Below, piece after piece: positions 53,531-64,000 of a stretch of 64,000 nucleotides of DNA (position 1 is the stretch's first letter; every line of letters starts with the position of its first letter). The notes under the pieces were generated by a model. The model had not been told where the DNA came from, did not search any database, and saw only the letters and a list, made by a program, of their open reading frames with translations. A program made the position numbers and the translations under genes. Source of the DNA: Eledone cirrhosa (lineage: Eukaryota); contig OZ024743.1 in NCBI GenBank assembly GCA_964016885.1, positions 189,100,001 to 189,164,000 of the forward strand, given 5' to 3'.

Positions 53531-55028
53531 AAGAAAAAGAGATGAAATCGAAAATGCAACTGGAGTCTGATTTAAAAAAAATATATATATATTTATTTGG
53601 TTCCTTTACCGGTTTCGCAGCTCTTCTGCTTTTCATAAGGTGAGTTGAGATGGAGGGTCTGTGGTTTTTCTCACATCTGGTTGGTCTCTGAATGTTACTT
53701 GTTTTATATGGAAAAAGTGGCTCGAAATGCCAGGTTTTTCGAGAAGTAATTTGATTGGTTTGTCAATAATTATAATAAATTTCGCGCCAGTTTGCGTTAC
53801 AATAGTTCTTCAAATAAGAGGGGGGGGGGTTGTCACAGGTTGTTTTTTTCATATATGAGTGTTTGAATTTATTTTTACTTGAACAAAGGGGCTCACGAAG
53901 GGTTTTTTTTGGTTGGTTATAAATGAAATTATGGCTGTCACGTGAACAAGTTTTCATTAAATTTACGTGCCCTTATTTGGAAATCCATTCTGTAGCCTTT
54001 TTAGAGAATTTTATGATAAGTGAATGATAATGGTTAAGAGAAAGGGATGGGAGAATTGATCTGGTTCAGTGAATATGGTTAGTTCGCTGGGGTATCAGAA
54101 TTCAGATTTTCTATTGAATAAAAAAAGTAAAGATATGTATGTTTATTTGTGTGTGTGTGTGTGTGTTGTGTGTGTGTGTGTTTGAATTTCTTTACTTAAA
54201 AAAGGTGGCTCATGATGGATTTTAAAAAAAAGGTGGCTCACGAAGGCTTTTTAAAAAAAAAGGCTTCGTGAGCCACCTTTTTTTAAAGTAAAGAAATTCA
54301 AACACACACACACACAACACACACACACACACACACAAGCACACAAATACACATACATATCTTTACTTTCTTTATTCAATAGAAAATCTGAATTCTGACA
54401 CCCCAGCGAACTAACCATATTCACTGAACCAGAACAATTCTCCCATCCCTTTCTCTTGACCATTATCATTCATTTATCATAAAATTCTCTAAAATGGCTA
54501 CAGAATGGATTTCCAAATAAGGGCACGTAAATTTAATGAAAACTTGTTCACGTGACAGCCATAATTTCATTTATAACCAACCCCAAAAAAGCCTTCGTGA
54601 GCCCCTTTTTTCAAGTAAAAAGAAATTCAAACAATCATATATAAAAAAACAACCTGTGACAACCCCCCCCCCCTCTTATTTGAAGAACTATTGTAACGCG
54701 AACTGGCGCGAAATTTATTATAATTATTGACAAACCAATCAAATTACTTCTCGAAAAACCTGGCATTTCGAGCCACTTTTTCCATATAAAACAAGTAACA
54801 TTCAGAGACCAACCAGATGTGAGAAAATCCACAGACCCTCCATCTCAACTCACCTTTTGAAAAGCAGAAGAGCTGCGAAACCGGTAAAGGAACCAAATAA
54901 ATATATATATATATTTTAAAAATAATAGTCCAGTTGCATTTTCGATTTCATCTCTAATTCTTTATACTTTCACTCGTGTAGGACACCTCGTTTATTTTTC
55001 AATTTGTAAAAAAAACCTCACTTTCTAA
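53529..55028. mobile_element. 1.5-kb fold-back element, long form of the U3-A8 HHR family (one-armed copy at 15737-16155)
   Basis: ~720-bp inverted arms centred ~54255; right arm has the ~65-nt tail; no credible ORF. Confidence 0.9.
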
Positions 55029-55033
55029 TATAT

Positions 55034-55136
<103 letters not shown>

Positions 55137-55175
55137 AATATATATATATAAAATATATACATATATATATATATA

Positions 55176-55243
<68 letters not shown>

Positions 55244-55462
55244 TATATATATATAAATACGATATTAACAAATGGAAACTATATTTATAAAACCATATTT
55301 ATCTTATTATACATATTTCAAGGACACCACGTTAAATTATGGTATGCTTTCATCAGACAAAATACAATATAGATCAGTTTTATATATAAATATTGACATA
55401 CACTTAAAAAATGCAAACATTACTGTTGGAAGCTCAAGGATAGTATATATATATATATAAAT

Positions 55463-55539
<77 letters not shown>

Positions 55540-55548
55540 AAGATATAT

Positions 55549-55583
<35 letters not shown>

Positions 55584-55632
55584 AATATATATATATATAA
55601 ATATATATATATATAAATATATATATAAATAT

Positions 55633-55735
<103 letters not shown>

Positions 55736-55750
55736 AATATATATATATAT

Positions 55751-56643
55751 TTCGTTTTTGAATTTGTTTAGCAAGATTCTTCATCTGAAATCGTGTGTTG
55801 AAACCGATATTGTTATACTTTGGGAGGGTCATGTTGCCAATAAGAAACAACACACGCAACAGTTGCTTTCACTTCAATTTATTATATATTTATGAATTTA
55901 CAAATTTATAAATTTCTGGTTGGTTGGTTGGTTCCACAACCAGATAGTTGTTTATATATAGTCATAGTTCTTTCGTCACATACTCTGTGACCTATTCAGT
56001 GACTGGGGATTCCTTTCTTTGTTTCTGTGCCTCTCCTTTGCTCTGTCCTACGCCATTTTGTTTCTGTGTGTGTACTCTACCAACATGCTAAAATAGAAAA
56101 CAAGAGTAAATTAGAGAACATAGAAATAAAAATAGAATCTACACACAGAAAAGACGCAATGTTTAGACAAATTACAGAGGCAATAAACATAAAAGAATTA
56201 CAACCAAAATTAAATAGAAAATACGAGTGGAACAGCAACATCACTACTTACAATTAAGGACAAAATGAAAACACACACACACATAGAACAAACAACCAAC
56301 CAGTAACATGTAAATAAACAAATAAATAAATGAACATAAACACACACAGACACCCGGATGTGGCGCATGCGCAGACTGAGCACACAACACACACACAGAA
56401 ACAAAATGGCGTAGGACAGAAGAAAGGAGAGGCACAGAAACAAAGAAAGTAATCCCCAGTCACTGAAGAGGTCACACAGTGTATGACGAAATAACTATGA
56501 CTATATATAAACAACTATCTGGTTGTGGAACCAACCAACCAACCAGAAATTTATAAATTTGTAAATTTATAAATATATAATAAATTGAAGTGAAAGCAGC
56601 TGGTGCGTGTGTTCTTATTGGCAACATGACCCTCCCAAAGTAT

Positions 56644-56650
<7 letters not shown>
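55751..56650. mobile_element. Short family A PLE insertion: inverted tailed arm (55751-56072) + direct arm (56073-56650)
   Basis: Both arms match 40590-41212; junction inside ORF 56027-56257. Confidence 0.92.
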
Positions 56651-56694
<44 letters not shown>

Positions 56695-56787
56695 AATATA
56701 TATATATATAAAAATATATATATATATATAAATATATTTATATTTATAAGTATATATATATATAAATAAATATATATATATTTATAA

Positions 56788-57250
56788 ACGATATTAAATA
56801 AATGGAAACTATATTTATAAAACCATATTTATTTCATTATATATATTTCAGGGATATCATATTAAAAATATGGTATGCCTTCTTCAGACAAAATACAATA
56901 TAAACAGTCTTATAAATAGATAGATATGACATACCTTACAACTTCAACTTCCATTTAAAAAGTTGATTTGGTAATACCAAATCAACTTTTTAAATGGAAG
57001 TTGAAGTTGTAAGGTTATGTCAAATCTATCTATTTATAAGACTGTTTATATTTTATTTTGTCTGAAGAAGGCATACCATATTTTTAATATGATATCCCTG
57101 AAATATATATAATGAAATAAATATGGTTTTATAAATATAGTTTCCATTTATTTAATATCGTAAATATACTCCAAATACTTGTTGAGTGCTTTTATATCAG
57201 TTATAAATATTTACTCGTTGTAACCCAACAATTTAAATAAAACTTTGCAT
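56788..57250. mobile_element. Fold-back HHR element (family of 27581; similar at 59657-60097 and 49097-49341)
   Basis: Palindrome centred ~56974; right arm ~85 nt longer. Confidence 0.88.
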
Positions 57251-57286
57251 ATATATTTATAAATATATAAATATATATAAATATAT

Positions 57287-57359
<73 letters not shown>

Positions 57360-57390
57360 AATATATATTAATATATATATATAAATATAG

Positions 57391-57465
<75 letters not shown>

Positions 57466-57684
57466 TTATATATATATAGTTATATATAAAATATATATAA
57501 ATATACATATATATAAATATATAAATATATATATATATATAAATATATATATATAAATATATATACATATATATATAAATATATATATATAAATATATAT
57601 ATATACATATATATATATATAAATATATATATATAAATATATATATATATAAATATATATATATAAATATATATATATAATATA

Positions 57685-57770
<86 letters not shown>

Positions 57771-57773
57771 AAT

Positions 57774-57806
<33 letters not shown>

Positions 57807-57843
57807 AATAAATATATATATATATATAAATATATATATATAT

Positions 57844-58165
57844 TTCGTTTCTGAATTTGTTTAGCAACTGAGCACACAAACTGAGCACACAACACACACA
57901 CAGAAACAAAATGGCGTAGGATAGAAGAAAGGAAAGGCACAGAAACAAAGAAAGGAATCCCCAGTCACTGAAGAGGTCACAGAGTGTGTGACGAAAGGAC
58001 TATGACTATATATAAACAACTATCTGGTTGTGGAACCAACCAACCAGAAATCTATAAGTTTGTAAATTTGTAAATTTATAAATTTATAAATATATAATAA
58101 ATTGAAGTGAAACAACTGGTGCGTGTGTTTCTTATTGGCAACATGACCCTCCCAAAGTATAACAA
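57844..58165 (+). mobile_element. Minimal family A PLE insertion: ~24-nt inverted tail + ~300-nt direct 3' UTR
   Basis: ttcgtttctgaatttgtttagcaa joined to ctgagcacac...cccaaagtataacaat. Confidence 0.9.
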
Positions 58166-58168
58166 TAT

Positions 58169-58199
<31 letters not shown>

Positions 58200-59182
58200 A
58201 ATATATATATAAATATAAAAATATATATAAATATAAATATAAATATATATATAAATATATATATAAATATAAATATATATACAAATATAAATATATATAT
58301 ATATATGCAAAAGTTTTATTCTCCAAAAACAACGGTCAATTTTTAAAAGGGGTACGTCAATGTCTATTTATAAAACTGTTATATATTGTATTTTGTCTGA
58401 TGAAGGCATGCCATAATGTAACTTGGTATCCTTGAAATATATATATTGAAATAAATATGGTTTTATAAATATAGTTTCCATTTATTAATATCGTATATAA
58501 ATCTATATATAAATATAAAAATATATATAAATATATATATAAAAATATAAATATATAAATATATATATAAATATAAATATATAAATATATATATAATATA
58601 AATATATATATAAATATATATATAAATATAAATATATAAATATATATATAAATATAAATATATAAATATATATATAAATATAAATATATATATAAATATA
58701 TATATAAATATAAATATATAAATATATATATAAATATAAATATATAAATATATATATAAATATAAATATATAAATATGTATATAAATATATAAATATATA
58801 TATAAATATATATATAAATATATATATAAATATATATATAAATATATATATAAATATATATATAAATATATATATATAAATATATATATATAAATATATA
58901 TATAAATATATATATAAATATACATATAAATATAAATTCATATATAAATATATATATAAATATATATATACATATAAATATATATATAAATATATGCAAA
59001 AGTTTTATTCTCCAAAAACAACGGTGAATTTTTAAAAGGGGTACGTCAATGTCTATTTATAAAACTGTTATATATTGTATTTTGTCTGATGAAGGCATAC
59101 CATAATGTAACTTGGTATCCTTGAAATATATATAATGAAATAAATATGGTTTTATAAATGTAGTGTCCATTTTTTAATATCG

Positions 59183-59223
<41 letters not shown>

Positions 59224-59428
59224 ATATAAATATATAAATATATACATAAATATATATATAAATATAAATATATAAATATATATATAAATATATATATAAC
59301 TATAAATATATAAATATATATATAAATATATATATAAATATAAATATATAAATATATATATATAAATATAAATATATAAATATATATATATATATATACA
59401 TAAATATATACATAAATATAAATATATA

Positions 59429-59482
<54 letters not shown>

Positions 59483-59561
59483 AATATATACATATATATA
59501 TATATATAAATATACATATATATATAAATTTATATATATATATAAATATATATATATTTAT

Positions 59562-59646
<85 letters not shown>

Positions 59647-60098
59647 AATATATATATGCAAAGTTTTATTTAAATTGTTGGGTTAACAACGAGTAAATAT
59701 TTATAACTGATATAAAAGCACTCAACAAGTATATGGAGTATATTTACGATATTAAATAAATGGAAACTATATTTATAAAACCATATTTATTTCATTATAT
59801 ATATTTCAGGGATATCATATTAAAAATGTTATGCCTTCTAGTTGCATGCATTTCTTCTTTTTCTTCGTTTTTCTTTCTTTCTTTTTATAACTGTCCCTAA
59901 TATTTTTTCACTACCAAATCAACTTTTCAAATAGAAGTCGAAGTTGAAAGGTATGTCGAATCTATCTATTTATAAGACTGTTTATATTGTATTTTGTCTG
60001 AAGAAGGCATAACATAATTTTAATATGATATCCCTGAAATATATATAATGAAATAAATATGGTTTTATAAATATAGTTTCCATTTATTTAATATCGAT

Positions 60099-60136
<38 letters not shown>

Positions 60137-60194
60137 TAAATATATATATATATATATATAAATATATATATATAAATATTTATATGTATATATA

Positions 60195-60262
<68 letters not shown>

Positions 60263-60280
60263 TATTTACATATATATAAT

Positions 60281-60311
<31 letters not shown>

Positions 60312-60320
60312 AATATATAC

Positions 60321-60354
<34 letters not shown>

Positions 60355-61576
60355 AGCATATATATACATACAAATATATATAGCAGGGAAAAAGTGGACG
60401 TAAAATGAAATTAAATGAATATATATATATATATATAAAAATATATATATATAAATATCATCATCATTGTTTAACGTCCATTTTCCACATTTGCATGTGT
60501 TAGACAGGTTGTCACACTATGAGAAAGTTGGGTGAGCTAACCATGTTTTGCTCATATTGATCTGTATTTTGGCTTGGTTTCAATGGCTGGTTATCCTTCC
60601 TTACACCAACCACGTTACAGTGAGGACTGAGTGTTTTTGTATCATGACACTAAAACGACCATCTACTAGGATGTTCTGGGTGGTTTATTATCATATCACC
60701 AGTATAATTGCCTTACAACAGAGTGGACTGGGTACTTATTGTCGTTTCACCAGCATGAACATCTTACAGGGTGGACTGGATATTTTTTATATCACCTACA
60801 TGACTATCTTGCAGAGTTGACTTGTACTTTGCATTTAAGGGACCAACAGGATCACCTTATAGGATGCATTGAGTGCTTTTTTCTTCAAGCACAATCACTA
60901 TACAGGATGAACTAAGGAGTGTCTTGTGTCCCCAACATGAACACCTTATATTCTGGACTATGTTATTTTCTTATTGCAGTAACAGATCCCCATACGAGGA
61001 AAACTAAGTGTTTTATGTCCAGCTTTTCATGCTTGTATGCATGGGTTTAATAGGACAGAATAGTTATATCATGGTAATGAGTATGCAAGTTGTACATGAT
61101 GGTGATTAGTGGAACATTTAGCTGTTGAGGACTGTGTATTAAGACTGGGAGAGTGAATGTTGGAGGAGTAGGTAAAAGATTGGTGCAGACTAGTATCCTC
61201 TACATGTGTGTTTCATTACATGGGAAGGCCGGTCTTCTGCAGTACAGCATTTGTAAAATCCTGTGTCATCTTGTATGAGAGTTTTAATTGTGCAAGTTCA
61301 TCTTTTATCACTTCATCTCAAGCTTTCCTAGTTCTTCTTCTTCCCTAGCTTCAGTTAGCTTTGTGTGCAAAGCACCTTTTCATTCAGCCATTATTCCTAG
61401 TTTCTCTCTCAATGCAAATCTTAGTTTAATATCACTTCCAAGCATTATTTGAAAAAACACGTTTCACATTCAAAAGAACGTGCCTTTGGATGTTAACATT
61501 GTGTAAGTACATTATACTTGTATTTGAACAATAATTACAGCATATGGATTTATATCCTTTACCCATTTTACTTTTA

Positions 61577-62157
61577 TCTATATATTAATAAAAGTCTGTG
61601 ATTGTTTGCTTGGCTGTAATGTAATAAAGCCAAAAAGGCGCATAATGGAAACATACTTTGAAAGGAAGTTGCTCCTGAAATGGGAATACAAATGGAATAA
61701 AACAAGTTTCGCATAAATCGAAGCACGGGTTCCAGAGATATGGGGTTTTCTGGGTACCTTCATAGACAGAGCGAGAACAGGATAGAGGGAAAGATATAGT
61801 GGTTGTGAGAGAGTAGATTGAAAGAGAGACATAAAGAGAGGGAAATGAGACAGAGGAGAATGGGAGAGAGAGAGAGAGAGAGCTGGTAGGATATGAGTGT
61901 GTGTGTGTGTGTGTCTATGACCTGTGTATATAGATCACAGACACCCACATATATATATATGAACATACATATACATATATGTATACAAACACACATTTAT
62001 ATATATACATACACACACGTATATATATATGGCCTTCCAGTTTCATTTCACATTATATTTTAATTATTTTAATTATTTAAAAATTATTTTTAAGTAAACA
62101 CATCTTTTTTTAAATATTCTGAAGTGAACGTGACCCAATGGGTCACGGGTGGTCTAG
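61577..62157 (+). mobile_element. Non-autonomous Helitron
   Basis: A|TCTATATATTAATAAAAG start; CGTGACCC-AAT-GGGTCACG hairpin then CTAG|T end; no TSD. Confidence 0.8.
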
Positions 62158-62317
62158 TATAGATTAAATTCACAGTGATTCAATGCTTAACACTAACGCT
62201 TTTCTCAGCTTGTTTTTTATACCTCTCTCATATTTGCTATTGAACTCTGTGTGGCTTTGGTTGTTTTCTTAAATTTGCTTATCATTGCACGCCTCCTTGA
62301 ATTTTCCTTGTAGTCTG

Positions 62318-63700
62318 TGGGTGATATAAATTCCCACAAGATCAGTTACTTCCGCCGAATGATTGGAACCCACAGACTACAAGGAAAATTCAAGGATCTC
62401 CACGGTGGACTCTACCGTAGATGATGCGCTCCTATTAGTTAAGCATATGAATAACCAGAATTTAGAAAGGATGCGTAAAAATATTCGAAAGCTTTTTAAG
62501 GAACTAGGATTAAATATTACGTTTGAATATAACCTCAAAGAGGTTAATTTACTTGATGTAACTTTGAATCTCAATACAGAAACGATTAAACCGTCCCATA
62601 AACTAAATGAGAACCTTAAATATGTAAATACGGGTTCTAACTATCCACCCTCTATAATTAAATCCATCCCTAGAAATATTTCCCTTAGAATCTCCCGCCT
62701 GTCGTCCAACCAGCAAACCTTCAAAGAACATGCCGAATATTATGATGATGCACTTAGGAAGGCTGGACACCTAGATAATATAGAGTATATAGTCGACGAT
62801 CACCAAAATACCCAAAATAAATCTCATAGAGGTAGAAATAGCATAGAATCACCACCATACATACACTACCGCATTAGACACACTAATAGTCGCACACCAC
62901 CAAACAGAAGGCGATGTAAAGAGTATATATGGTACAACCCGGTCTATAACAACTCTATTAAAACCAATCTACCCTCATAATTCTTTCGATTAGTTAAAAA
63001 ACATTTTCCAACATCACATAAATATAATAAAATCTTAAACCCTAGCACTATTCGACTTTCATATTTAACCGCCTCTAATATTGAACAACATATAAAAATG
63101 CTTAACGAAAAACGGTTGTATAAACGCCTTCCAACACATAACAATACACCTTAAAACATCGGCTATAACATCACAAAACAACAAACAACATCCCGACCTG
63201 CCTAAGCAACCTCATCAACCCATCCATGATAATACAACAACGCAAAATTATAACTGTAACTGTGTCCAACCAGGAATGTGTCCGTTGAACAATCAGTGTC
63301 TTGAACGCAACATCATATACAAATGTACTATCGAATCGGGTAGCCAGAAGTGGTACTATATGGGGTCTACAGCTACCTCCTTCAAATCTCGCCTTTATAG
63401 ACATCGTTACTCGATAAAACATGAAAACCAGCGTTATGTAACAACACTTGCAGACAAGGCTTGGCAGCTGCGCGAAAATAACCAACAATTTAACTTAAAA
63501 TGGGATATAATAGTAGATGCCCCTGCATATACTCAAGGACAGGAATTTTGTAAATTGTGTAATATGGAATTATTTTGTTATGAAATCCAAAAATATTTTA
63601 TTAAATAACAGAATAGAGCGATCGTTATACTGTAACCATCGCTTGAAATCTACATTTTCATATTACAAACGCTACCAGGATTGAACGCCTGTATCTTTCT
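62318..63700 (+). pseudogene. Clade-2 (Hydra-like) PLE, decayed, with a short 5' inversion
   Basis: DDALL...VNLLDVTLNL...YIWYNP; then CPLNNQCL...YYMGSTATSFKSRL...CKLCNME. In-frame stops. 62318-62372 is an inverted GSNHSAEVTDLVGIYI fragment. Confidence 0.88.
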
Positions 63701-64000
63701 CCGTTTGATTGTCAAAATACATATTAACATTCTCTATTAGTCTTAATTCTATCAACTCTTCTATCTTTACCATTTAATATAAACTGCTATAGATAAAATG
63801 AGATTTTTTAATTCAATTCCCTAATGCATATACCAGCAGGCTCCCAGCATTGTTGTTATACAGTAGCAGTGAAAATCTCCCTCTTCCTTAATTGACACTT
63901 TATATCTGTATTAATACTACTACACCAAACAACCAGCCCTGTCTATTGTTTAATTGGTCAAATATAGATTAAAATAGGCACTCCCAAAAATTCTTATTTA

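Overview
AT-rich eukaryotic (animal; octopus/cephalopod-like by inference from repeat types) DNA with no recognisable host gene. It is a nest of retroelements inserted into long (TA)n/(TAAA) microsatellites: two clades of Penelope-like elements (PLEs; RT + C-terminal GIY-YIG, including a 1046-aa open but 5'-truncated ORF at 37634-40774), RTE-type LINE pieces, a non-autonomous LTR element with a perfect tRNA-Trp PBS, tRNA-derived SINEs, Helitron and hAT MITE remnants and a 3.54-kb tandem duplication. Main hidden signal: by manual base-pairing, about ten sequence-unrelated families of type I hammerhead ribozymes (HHRs), roughly 40 copies. They lie in PLE 3' ends, in small non-coding fold-back elements and in two tandem retrozyme-like arrays (559-bp and ~430-bp units). 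One multi-copy family has a covaried U3-A8 core (UUGAAAA) that a standard CUGANGA search would miss. Many insertions share one architecture: two outward-facing 3' ends, one carrying an extra 35-120-nt tail, both ending in TA repeats, sometimes made from two different RNAs. This suggests PLE-driven, microsatellite-targeted trans-mobilisation. All folding was done by eye; most ORFs in the supplied track are microsatellite artefacts.
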